Assembly (NCBI GenBank): GCA_963764165.1
Contig: CAVXRD010000002.1
Coordinates: 3,456,001 to 3,520,000, forward strand
Direction: 5' to 3'
Length of the DNA: 64,000 nt
Source of the DNA: an uncultured Verrucomicrobiae bacterium
GTDB lineage: Bacteria; Verrucomicrobiota; Verrucomicrobiia; Limisphaerales; Palsa-1400
In this document: one piece after another, positions 10,022 through 18,387 of the stretch
Layout of the letters: each line of letters starts with the position of its first letter
Numbering within the stretch: position 1 is the stretch's first letter
Made by a program: the position numbers and the translations under genes
The notes under the pieces: generated by a model
Database searches by the model: none
Told to the model about the DNA's origin: nothing
The model's input: the letters and a program-made list of their open reading frames with translations, nothing else

Positions 10022-11164
10022 CTAATCCGCCGCCGCCTCTTTCCGCGCCCAAGCATCCGCTTCTAGGATTTTTTCGAGATTCGGATGCTCGACGACTTTG
10101 TGCGCATCCATGACCCGTCCGACGAGTTCGCTGATTTGCGGGAAATTGATTTTGCGATCCACGAAGGCGCTCACGGCGATTTCGTTGGCGGCGTTCAGGA
10201 CGGCGGGGAGCGTGCCGCCGATTTCACCGGCTTTGCGGGCGTAGTTGATGGCGGGAAAGCGGCCGCAATCCGGCTCCTCGAAGGTGAGTTGGCCGAGCTT
10301 GGCGAGGTTGGTCTGGACGCGCTGGCTGGCGGCGCGTGCGGGATAGGTCAGGGCGTATTGGATCGGCAGGCACATGTCCGGCGAGGAGAGTTGCGCCAGC
10401 ATGCAGCCGTCGACAAATTCCACCATCGAATGGACGATGCTTTGCGGATGCACCACGACCTGCACCCGTCCCATTTCAATATCAAACAGCCACCGGGCCT
10501 CAATCATTTCCAGGCCCTTGTTGAAAAGCGTGGCCGAATCGATGGTGATTTTCCGGCCCATCACCCACGAAGGATGTTTCAGCGCCCGCTCAACCGTGAT
10601 GGAGGCGAATTCTTCCTTGGGCGTCTTGCGGAACGGCCCGCCGGAAGCCGTCAACCAAAGCGCGCGAACGGATTCAGGCGGCTTGCCGTCGAGGCATTGA
10701 AAAATCGCCGAGTGCTCGCTGTCGACCGCCAGGACGCGGACGCCGTGTTCCCGGGCCTCGCGCATGACGATTTCCCCCGCCATGACCAAAATTTCCTTCG
10801 ACGCCACCGCAATGTCCTTCCCGGCCCGAATCGCGGCCAGGGCTGGTTGCAACCCGGCAGTTCCCACAATCGCGATCAGAACGATATCGGCTTCGGGCAT
10901 CGTGGCCAATTTGATCAACCCCTCGTCTCCCGCATAAACGCGCATCGACTTGGGAAGAACCTTCTCCAATTCCCGGGCCTTGGCGGGATCAGTCAGGGAG
11001 ACCGCCTGCGGCCGATGTTTGAGGGCTTGTTTGAGGAGGAGATTGGAATTGCCCCCGGCGGCAAGGCCGATGAGTTGGATTTGCTCTGGCAAATCCTCCG
11101 CAACCATGACCGTGCTGGTGCCGATGGAGCCGGTTGACCCCAGGAGAACGACTTTTTTCATCAA
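10022..11164 (-). CDS. dxr: 1-deoxy-D-xylulose 5-phosphate reductoisomerase
   Basis: LGSTGSIG, VDSEHSAIFQC, LTASGGPF, HPSWVMGRKITIDSAT, NKGLE, NAANE. Confidence 0.97.
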   Translation of the reverse strand: MMKKVVLLGSTGSIGTSTVMVAEDLPEQIQLIGLAAGGNSNLLLKQALKHRPQAVSLTDPAKARELEKVLPKSMRVYAGDEGLIKLATMPEADIVLIAIVGTAGLQPALAAIRAGKDIAVASKEILVMAGEIVMREAREHGVRVLAVDSEHSAIFQCLDGKPPESVRALWLTASGGPFRKTPKEEFASITVERALKHPSWVMGRKITIDSATLFNKGLEMIEARWLFDIEMGRVQVVVHPQSIVHSMVEFVDGCMLAQLSSPDMCLPIQYALTYPARAASQRVQTNLAKLGQLTFEEPDCGRFPAINYARKAGEIGGTLPAVLNAANEIAVSAFVDRKINFPQISELVGRVMDAHKVVEHPNLEKILEADAWARKEAAAD

Positions 11165-11271
11165 GTTTTAGAATGGAAAGTGGTGCTCCGGCATCGTCTG
11201 GAAGTCAAGCCAGATGGTTCACGCGTGACGACCAAATCACCAATGGCCGTGATCGAAAGTGGGTAAGAATG

Positions 11272-11335
11272 TTTGGGCGGATACGCAGGTCCGCCCTACC
11301 AAATTATGGTAGGGCGGCGCTGCGTCGCCGCCCAA
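11272..11335. repeat. GTAG-family REP doublet (copy A)
   Basis: TTTGGGCGGATACGCAGGTCCGCCCTACC-AAATTAT-GGTAGGGCGGCGCTGCGTCGCCGCCCAA; 60/64 identical to 17135-17198. Confidence 0.85.
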
Positions 11336-11447
11336 ATATTATCGAGAGCTTCACCCACCTTCAATGATACCCTTCACCATTGACGGCTAAGCGTTCGCAT
11401 GTGCGAGCCGACCGCATTCAGAATTGCAACTATGCTGGCGACCCCTT

Positions 11448-11633
11448 TTACGATACTTTTCGCGCGCTTCGCTTTGGCGCGCGCTTCGCTTGCTGAGTCT
11501 TGACAGCGAACTTGCCTCCTGATTCTGCTTCGCAACGGCGAATGTCTTCGCCGATGGCGTGAACGTCAAAATTGAATCGCTTCGCGTAATCCGTGCGGCG
11601 GCGGTGGATTTCTTGAACAATTGGATCTTTCAT
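11448..11633 (-). CDS. Small hypothetical protein of a type often found beside toxin-antitoxin genes
   Basis: MKDPIVQEIHRRR...F.FD..AI..D pattern; 61 aa. Confidence 0.55.
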   Translation of the reverse strand: MKDPIVQEIHRRRTDYAKRFNFDVHAIGEDIRRCEAESGGKFAVKTQQAKRAPKRSARKVS

Positions 11634-11636
11634 ACT

Positions 11637-11891
11637 TCACAGCCGGAAGGGTTTTACTAGATCGTCGGGCATCCGGGGCGGTTCCCAATCAGTGGTGCCA
11701 CGAACAGACTCGTGCCAGTCTTTGAACTTCTGTTTGCGGCGGGCCAACGCGCTCTGACGGGACGTGGGGCGCGGGCGGACAGGGGACTTGACATTTGCGT
11801 GTCGTTTATCCAGCCAGCCCAACAATTCCCGCGCCTGCTCAGCAGACAATTTCTTGACCTTTTTAACTGCGAGTTCAACCGCGCTCATCAC
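11637..11891 (-). CDS. Small hypothetical protein (DUF2281/antitoxin-like)
   Basis: KKVKKLSAEQARELLGWLD helix pattern; 3 bp from the next gene. Confidence 0.5.
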   Translation of the reverse strand: MMSAVELAVKKVKKLSAEQARELLGWLDKRHANVKSPVRPRPTSRQSALARRKQKFKDWHESVRGTTDWEPPRMPDDLVKPFRL

Positions 11892-12051
11892 AATAATGCG
11901 TTACCCTTGACCGTCGTAATGATTGCCCGCAAGCAAGTCTAAATCCAGCGCGGACGCGCCACGACTCCAGGATAGAATGTGATCGAAAGTGAATGATGGA
12001 CGCAGGCCGACAGGCGGAGCCATGCGAAAGCATGCGCTCAGATGCTCGGCC

Positions 12052-13671
12052 TCAAGTTCGCCTACGCCATCCTTCTACAACTCTCACTATGCCCTCGGCA
12101 ACGTTGTGCCAAGCCTCGGAACGTCGCGTCCAGTTCGCTACCGGCTTTCCGTCTCGCGGGAGCGCTTGCAGCTTTCCGAAAGGCGCCCTTTTCCAGAGGC
12201 AGTTCTTTAAGATAATTGGAATCACGCATGCCTCGCCCCTTTTATCTCGCTTTAATGCTGTCTTCATCTCGATCTCATAGCAGTAGTCGGAGGCCAAAAA
12301 ATCAGCGCTAACCAAAAGTAATATTACATCTGCGCTAGCGAACCTCTCGTCGATTACGTCCTTCCACCTATCGCCCGGCATGATCTTACGATCATGCCAC
12401 GGCGTAATAAGGCCGTTGCGATGTAGTGTCTTAAGGTGAACTGCTAAACTGTCCCTCAACTTCTCGTCGTTGTGTGAATAACTGAACACCAAATTAATCG
12501 CTTCTTCGCGTTTCTTCGTTGCTGGGCGCCGTCGTCGCCCTCGGCTTGCTGCTTTGGAAACTTTCTCGGTCAAAAATCCGGAAATAAATGCCCAATAAAG
12601 ACTACCGACTCGCCTTAGCGCCTTGTCTTCCCAAGAGGCGATTCCGGTAAACTGGAGCTCCTCACCGACACGGTCAGCATTAAACTCATCAAGGCCTTCT
12701 TTCTTTAAATGCCGCACTATATCACCAAAAGACAGCGTCTTCTTGGTTGCTAAAAGTCCGTGAATATGCCTTGCCTCCTCGGATAAAGAATTATACCAAA
12801 GCCTAAAGAGTTCTGCATGCTGTCTAACAAAGACCTCCGCAATTTGATTCAGAGGGGCGTCGCTTTCGGTATTATACGGCAATCTCCTAAGTAGGCCAGA
12901 TGTTAATCCCGCATGCCCACCAGTTTGCGCCAACAGCCATAATCCTAGGCGGTCAATAGGCGTCTTGGCTTGCCCCAATTTCAAAGCCTTGATTAATTGA
13001 TTAGTTCCGTCCTTGGAAAGGCTCCCTAAGAAGTGTTTGGAAGCCCGACTGCCTATAGGCGACGTGTCGTCTATACAAAGTCGATAAAGTTCCTGCGCTC
13101 CCGAAAAGAGCATCGTCACTCTTCCGCTCACGCCCAGATCGAGACCATAAAGCAGAGAAAACAAGTTGTCCTGGAATCCCCTAGGAAATCTCTCACCCAA
13201 TATCCTTTTCGACTCATCGAGCAAGTAAAGCAGTCGTATATGTCTAACTTTCGTCGCGTGAAGAATCCGCATCACTGCGTCCGCAAAAAATTCGACCGAG
13301 CTAGCGCCCTTTTTTATATTAAATGTTCGAATTTCAAGCAGAAATCCAGGCGCTATTCTCCTACATACGTCTACAGTTGCAGACACCAGCTTCTCAAAGA
13401 AGACCACGGGTGTTGCATCTTCTTGCAGTTCGAGCAAGTTTACGTAGATTGCAACGTCCCGATCTACGTTTTCTGGCGATGCAAAGCGCTCATTCACATC
13501 CCTTTGCAATTTGAGTAGAAACGTCGTCTTGCCCGACTGCCTCCCGCCAAATAGCAGAGCCGACTTGTTTTGCGTCAACGCGTATAAAACCTCGCTCGCA
13601 AATAAGTCCCTTCCAAAGCAAAAACCGGCGCTTGGAAGAATGCTGGGGCCTTTACTAGGACCGTGTCGCAT
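12052..13671 (-). CDS. STAND-like AAA+ ATPase with C-terminal TIR domain
   Basis: FGR motif, Walker A GGRQSGKT, Walker B LLYLLDE, TGGHAG; TIR motifs FSYSHND, WHDRKIMPG, LLVSADFLASDYCYEIE, VIPIIL. Confidence 0.88.
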   Translation of the reverse strand: MRHGPSKGPSILPSAGFCFGRDLFASEVLYALTQNKSALLFGGRQSGKTTFLLKLQRDVNERFASPENVDRDVAIYVNLLELQEDATPVVFFEKLVSATVDVCRRIAPGFLLEIRTFNIKKGASSVEFFADAVMRILHATKVRHIRLLYLLDESKRILGERFPRGFQDNLFSLLYGLDLGVSGRVTMLFSGAQELYRLCIDDTSPIGSRASKHFLGSLSKDGTNQLIKALKLGQAKTPIDRLGLWLLAQTGGHAGLTSGLLRRLPYNTESDAPLNQIAEVFVRQHAELFRLWYNSLSEEARHIHGLLATKKTLSFGDIVRHLKKEGLDEFNADRVGEELQFTGIASWEDKALRRVGSLYWAFISGFLTEKVSKAASRGRRRRPATKKREEAINLVFSYSHNDEKLRDSLAVHLKTLHRNGLITPWHDRKIMPGDRWKDVIDERFASADVILLLVSADFLASDYCYEIEMKTALKRDKRGEACVIPIILKNCLWKRAPFGKLQALPRDGKPVANWTRRSEAWHNVAEGIVRVVEGWRRRT

Positions 13672-16228
13672 AAGTGCGATGTAGCCATCGGTTAAGCAGC
13701 TCCATTGTTAACGAAGCCCGTTGATTCCGGACCGTGATGATTTGATACCCTTCCAAATGGCGCAAGCTCGTATGAAGCTTCTGCGAGCCTTGCATTAGCT
13801 GATTGATCGGCAGTGATCCGCCATTTCTCGATAACTTGAGGCAGGACTCACGTTCCTCGGGGTAGTCGCGTGTGAGTCTGGCAAAAATCTCCGCAAAATC
13901 CTTTTCGCCGACTGCATCGATATACCGATCAAGGACGTCTTCGACCATTGAGTGCGTAACGTGCAACGGACGGTCGGAGTACTGCTTCGCTATGAAACTG
14001 CACAGCTGGCGAGTGAAAAATGGGTGCCCGCCTGTTAGTTCGAAGATATAGTTACAGACCAAATCGTCATGATATCGAATTCCCATCCCACGACCAAGTG
14101 TGCGGATCATCTCTGTGCATTCCGCCGTATCGAAAAACTGCAGGTAAACCTCGCGAAAAAAATTGAACACGGGATTGTCTCGTTCGTCAAACTGGGGAAT
14201 CTCGCCGATTGAGGCGTTTGCGGCGGTTACCAGCATCGTGAATTGCTTAGTCTCTTGGCAAACTCCACGAAGGTATCCAAAAAAATCAAAAAAGCCCTTA
14301 AATCCCCGACCTAGCCTTGTGGGAAGAAGGCTTTCAACTTCATCGAGCAGAAGCACGACCTTTGGAGCGGGTGTCAAACTGCTCTTCTCAATCGCATGAA
14401 TCACCCGGCTGAGATCAGAGTCAAAGGCTGTTCCGACAGGTAGATCTTGGGGTACGTCTAGGTAGTCGGAATACTTTCCACCCAACCGCCATTGAAAATT
14501 AGAGAGCGGAAGCTGGCTGAAGCGTTGATTGAGGAGATTGGCCATGCGCCAATAAAGCCACCTTGCATCCGAAATTTCGGTTGGAACGCGTAAGAGATCG
14601 ACGTAAATTACGATATCCCCATTTTCGGACGAGCGAATTTGCGCCTCCTGCAGGAGTGATGTCTTCCCGACCTTGCGAAGTCCGAACAGCCCCGTAGGAG
14701 TGCTAGTGTGAATTGCGTCACGGATGTCAGCAAGTGCTTTTCCTCTACCAAAGAACCGGCGGCCTTTTACCGGCGAATTCAAAGCATAAAGATCGCGACG
14801 AAATAGCCAGTTATCTAAAATAGCTAATAACGTGCCGATCGGCTCCGCGGAGTTTTCGATTTCCTGTTGAGGAATGGGAACGATTGCCGTCCGTAATTCG
14901 CCTCTGTCCTCTATCCTGCTAAATAAGGCTCTTTGTACGGGCTCTGGTAGAGAGCCTACAACGAGCAACGCAACTTGATCATCTGCAACTCCATCGGGCA
15001 GTTGGCCCAGTCGTGTGTCCAGTGATTCTAGGTCAGCGATCGTTATGTTTGATTTGAACATACAGCGTATGAGCAACTGGCCCGTAAGACCATAGCTTTC
15101 GATCAACTCCACGCTATCTGTGCGAACAATAAAGTCTGCACCGACAGTTCCCGAAAAGACTTCGGCCTCAAGTATGTCTATGCCCCCATTGCGTAAAAAG
15201 TTAAAGACTAGATTGCCCCTATAATGTCCTCGGATTTTCGCTAAGTTGTGTGCTAGCAAATGCTGATGTAGTGGCCCCCCTGAACGGCCAAGCTGCGTGA
15301 ATCGTTCGATGCCTCCGTACGCGCGTATTGCATCTTCGTAGAATAATACTGATTCTCGTAGAGAGTCGGGCGTTCCCATGCGATAGTATGTATATCCTAG
15401 GGATGTAAGTATTCCCTTTTCACCTGCGCGATCTCCGCCTAGACAAAGCTGGAGAGCTGATCTCAAGTACTTAATGGCGTTATCGTATCTCTCAAGCGAT
15501 GCGGCCAACACTCCTGCCTCCTCCAAAATTTTCGTGCTGTGGGGAAACAAACGTATCCCCTCTTGGTATATCTTCAGAGCTTGTTCCTTTGAGTTGCGAT
15601 TCTTGTTGAATGCGGCATAACTCGATATTACGTGCTCCGTGGGAAACTCGAGCAAGGCTCGTCTATATAACCTATCGGCGTCGGGATATCGACGTTCTTC
15701 TCTGGCAAGAACGGCTTGCGCGAGCAAGTCGCGCGCGGGCCTTAGCACCGTATTTGGAAGGGAGATAATGACAACGTCCTGGGCCTGCGGTCCTTTGTCC
15801 GAATTGACTGGGCGGCAGCTGACCCTGTCCCCAACCGCCGGTAATACTGAGAGATCGGCGAGAAAACTGTAATGAAAGAAGAAGTCGCCACGTCTCGCTA
15901 TGCGAATGAAGCCAAAATGGCGTTCTGGACGTACCATTATAACTTCGCCTAAAACCATTTCGGTAATCTCTAAAGGTTCTGTACGCGAATCTAATTCTGG
16001 ATGCACATCTGTCGCCAACGTTCCGTTCTGCACTGCTTTTGTCGTGAAGATCACGCGATCGCCAGACTGCAACACTAACGTTGGGTCGCGAAGAGACTTT
16101 CGATGAACGAGAAATAGATCGGACGTCGCACCTTCTTCGTCTTCGGCCCGAATGTACCCGTATCCGCCTTTAGGCTCATACGTTTCGACCTGACCTCTTA
16201 AGTAATTTGGACTGTCTGTGTGAGGCAT
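13655..16228 (-). CDS. Multidomain protein: 2x cold-shock domain, TPR/HAT repeats, REase-like fold, STAND-like ATPase
   Basis: CSD motifs KGGYGYI..LFLVH and RHFGFI..FFFHYS..KGPQAQDV; TPR helices; FFGR, Walker A GLRKVGKT, Walker B VLLLDEVE, TGGHPF; start chosen at ATG 16228 (ORF extends to 16324). Confidence 0.85.
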   Translation of the reverse strand: MPHTDSPNYLRGQVETYEPKGGYGYIRAEDEEGATSDLFLVHRKSLRDPTLVLQSGDRVIFTTKAVQNGTLATDVHPELDSRTEPLEITEMVLGEVIMVRPERHFGFIRIARRGDFFFHYSFLADLSVLPAVGDRVSCRPVNSDKGPQAQDVVIISLPNTVLRPARDLLAQAVLAREERRYPDADRLYRRALLEFPTEHVISSYAAFNKNRNSKEQALKIYQEGIRLFPHSTKILEEAGVLAASLERYDNAIKYLRSALQLCLGGDRAGEKGILTSLGYTYYRMGTPDSLRESVLFYEDAIRAYGGIERFTQLGRSGGPLHQHLLAHNLAKIRGHYRGNLVFNFLRNGGIDILEAEVFSGTVGADFIVRTDSVELIESYGLTGQLLIRCMFKSNITIADLESLDTRLGQLPDGVADDQVALLVVGSLPEPVQRALFSRIEDRGELRTAIVPIPQQEIENSAEPIGTLLAILDNWLFRRDLYALNSPVKGRRFFGRGKALADIRDAIHTSTPTGLFGLRKVGKTSLLQEAQIRSSENGDIVIYVDLLRVPTEISDARWLYWRMANLLNQRFSQLPLSNFQWRLGGKYSDYLDVPQDLPVGTAFDSDLSRVIHAIEKSSLTPAPKVVLLLDEVESLLPTRLGRGFKGFFDFFGYLRGVCQETKQFTMLVTAANASIGEIPQFDERDNPVFNFFREVYLQFFDTAECTEMIRTLGRGMGIRYHDDLVCNYIFELTGGHPFFTRQLCSFIAKQYSDRPLHVTHSMVEDVLDRYIDAVGEKDFAEIFARLTRDYPEERESCLKLSRNGGSLPINQLMQGSQKLHTSLRHLEGYQIITVRNQRASLTMELLNRWLHRTYATRS

Positions 16229-16478
16229 GGATGCACGAACTGTGTTGCAAATTGCAAGCTTCGTCAAGGGCAAAGGTATCACCCCGGTTCCCGGTGTCAA
16301 TTCAATTGATCGTGCTAACCACATATTTCACATGTGATGTGATTATGCGGGAGTGACCTCTTTTTCGGAGCCTTTTATACAAGACTAAAACCGCAGACAG
16401 CGGCTTTGAAAAACGGTTGAGGAATATAGGATTGACACGCCTCAGCGCCGACATTTGGTCCTCGAACCGTGAACAATA

Positions 16479-16497
16479 TGTGAATAACTGTGAATAA
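16479..16497 (-). promoter_or_regulatory. Tandem DnaA-box-like 9-mers (TGTGAATAA x2)
   Basis: Two exact matches to the reverse complement of TTATNCACA, 10 bp apart, plus a degenerate copy at 16468. Confidence 0.35.
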
Positions 16498-16510
16498 TGT
16501 CAACTTGTAT

Positions 16511-16603
16511 CGCGGGCTAAAGCGCCTGCAAACCGAAATCGCCGCCGAATTGGACGCCTTGCTTCCCGCCATCCTCGACCGCGCCTTCAAGGGAGAGATT
16601 TGA
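16511..16603 (+). pseudogene. C-terminal remnant of a type I restriction-modification specificity subunit (HsdS-like)
   Basis: Translates RGLKRLQTEIAAELDALLPAILDRAFKGEI*, the typical HsdS C-terminal helix; in-frame stop at 16481 and no upstream gene body. Confidence 0.7.
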
Positions 16604-16614
16604 TGGCTGTCCGA

Positions 16615-16851
16615 AAATCCCGAAGGGATTTTATCATTCAGCCCAGCGTTGACCCGATTCTGAGAGGGCCTACGCTGGGTCATTGCGGTTAATGTTTACC
16701 AACCCTGCAAGGGTTGAATCAAACTCGAAGCGAAGCGCGGGTGGAATTGATGCAACCCATTCAGGGTTGGGGCCTTCGAATGCAGTTACCCAGGGTAGGC
16801 CTCTTTGAATCGGCCAACCCTGGGCTAAATGATCCAATTCCTTTGGAATTG
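16615..16851. repeat. Long imperfect inverted repeat (REPIN-like), arms about 105 bp
   Basis: 16615-16720 pairs with 16749-16851 (ATCATTCAGCCCAGCGTTG / CAACCCTGGGCTAAATGAT; AACCCTGCAAGGGTTG / CAACCCATTCAGGGTT). Confidence 0.75.
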
Positions 16852-16937
16852 TTGGCTGGCTGCCGTTGCACTGCGGGTGAAAGCCCCGGCGCGAAGGGGA
16901 GGGTGCAGGTTGATTTCAATCACCTCCCACCGGAACG

Positions 16938-17065
16938 AAATGTTGCAGTACCTGTTGCACTCTTGTAGCAGTAAATGTTGCACTTTATCTCATTGAGGCT
17001 CAACGATGTAGCGGATGTTGCAGTCTTCTGGAGATTATATAATCTGGAACTCAAGAAATCAGGAA
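16938..17065 (+). repeat. Dispersed element with six phased TGTWGC motifs (copy 1)
   Basis: Motifs at 16941, 16953, 16964, 16976, 17007, 17016, then TGGAGATTATATAATCTGGAAC; homologous to 58901-59030. Confidence 0.75.
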
Positions 17066-17134
17066 CGGAGGGCACTGTCGTGTTGGGCGGAATGTGGTTG
17101 GACCTGCGCTAGACGTGGGTTGAATTGGCGGAAA

Positions 17135-17198
17135 TTTGGGCGGACACGCAGGTCCGCCCTACCAAATTGAGGTAGGGCGGTGCTGCGTCGCCGCCCAA
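17135..17198. repeat. GTAG-family REP doublet (copy B)
   Basis: Direct repeat of 11272-11335 with 4 mismatches. Confidence 0.85.
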
Positions 17199-17685
17199 TA
17201 ATTTTCCCTGTTTCACGCCCGCATTTCATCGCAATTGCCAAGCCAGGAATTCTCCCGCGTCGGTCGCGTTCTCCAGCCCGCTTGCATGGTTTCGGAACCC
17301 TCATTTCCTGCGTTAGGTCGTTCCAGATTCAATTTTTCGCATTTTTTTCCAAAAATCGCGCCGAAAACACTCTGGTAGGTTTTTCATCCGGCCCATGCCG
17401 TGTCAAAGTGCGGTCATGTGCATGGAGCAGATGTCGCCTCTACGAGGCTTTAATTCTAAAGGGATCGCCGACTACAAAGATGTCGCGCCTCTGGCGCTGC
17501 TGAGTAATGATATGCGCCCTCAACCGGATTTGGTCGGAAAGAACCGTTACACTCTATTGCACCCTCTTGCACCCTTGATTTTTAGTGAATCGAATTGCAC
17601 CCAGCATTCCTCGCTTTCGCCCCACCCGGCGGGGAGAGAGAATTGTATGGTTGCGGGCTTTTCAAAATCGTCCCATCATGCGCGG

Positions 17686-18348
17686 ATGAACAAGCGGCAG
17701 GCTGCCATCAAACGGGGCACGAACGAGACGAACATCGTCGCCACGCTGAATCTGGACGGGACTGGGAAGGCGTCCATCCGCACCCGCGTGCCTTTCTTCG
17801 ATCATATGCTGACGCTTTTTGCCAAGCATGCGACGATGGATCTCTCCTTGACCTGCAAGGGCGACATCGAAGTGGATGCCCACCATACCGTGGAGGACTG
17901 CGGGATTGTGCTGGGCCAGGCGTTTCTCCAAGCGCTCGGGGATAAGAAAGGGTTGAAGCGTTATGGGACGGGTTTTGATCCTCGAAACCCTTTCACCGGA
18001 GAGGCGTATGTGCCTATGGATGAGTGCCTTGCGCGTTGCGTGGTGGATTTTGGCGGGCGTCCGTATCTAGTCTGGCGCGGGTTGGATTCGGCGGCGCACA
18101 AGAAGATCACTTTGGCGGAAAAGACGCAGGACGCTTCGTCTGCCTTCCGGTTCGGTCTGGCGCGGGAGTTTTTCCAGGCCTTTGCCAACGAGGCGCGGTG
18201 CAATCTTCATTTGGAATTGCTTTATGGGGATGAACCCCATCACATTGTGGAAGCGATTTTCAAAGCGTTCGCTCGTGCGGTAGACGTTGCCTGCCAACGA
18301 GATGCACGAATTCTGGGACAACTGCCAAGCACCAAGGGAAGGTTGTGA
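17686..18348 (+). CDS. hisB: Imidazoleglycerol-phosphate dehydratase
   Basis: FFDHML, DAHHTVED, PMDE, HHIVEAIFKA, PSTKG. Confidence 0.95.
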   Translation: MNKRQAAIKRGTNETNIVATLNLDGTGKASIRTRVPFFDHMLTLFAKHATMDLSLTCKGDIEVDAHHTVEDCGIVLGQAFLQALGDKKGLKRYGTGFDPRNPFTGEAYVPMDECLARCVVDFGGRPYLVWRGLDSAAHKKITLAEKTQDASSAFRFGLAREFFQAFANEARCNLHLELLYGDEPHHIVEAIFKAFARAVDVACQRDARILGQLPSTKGRL

Positions 18349-18387
18349 GGCGCACTGAATAAATTGCAATCGGCCACGTCAAACACT

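Noticed and set aside
12473..12481. TGTGAATAA inside the TIR coding region
   Set aside because: Single copy explained by the codons of the SYSH motif
16870..16932. Possible structured RNA (GGGTGAAAGCCC and a GGGAGG..CCTCCC hairpin), group II intron-like
   Set aside because: Too short; no intron ends, domain V or reverse transcriptase visible
16938..17200. Possible CRISPR array
   Set aside because: Repeats are 6-mers or REP palindromes without regular unique spacers, and there are no cas genes
17395..17685. N-terminal extension of hisB
   Set aside because: Reads through REP-like repeats; the conserved domain starts at 17686
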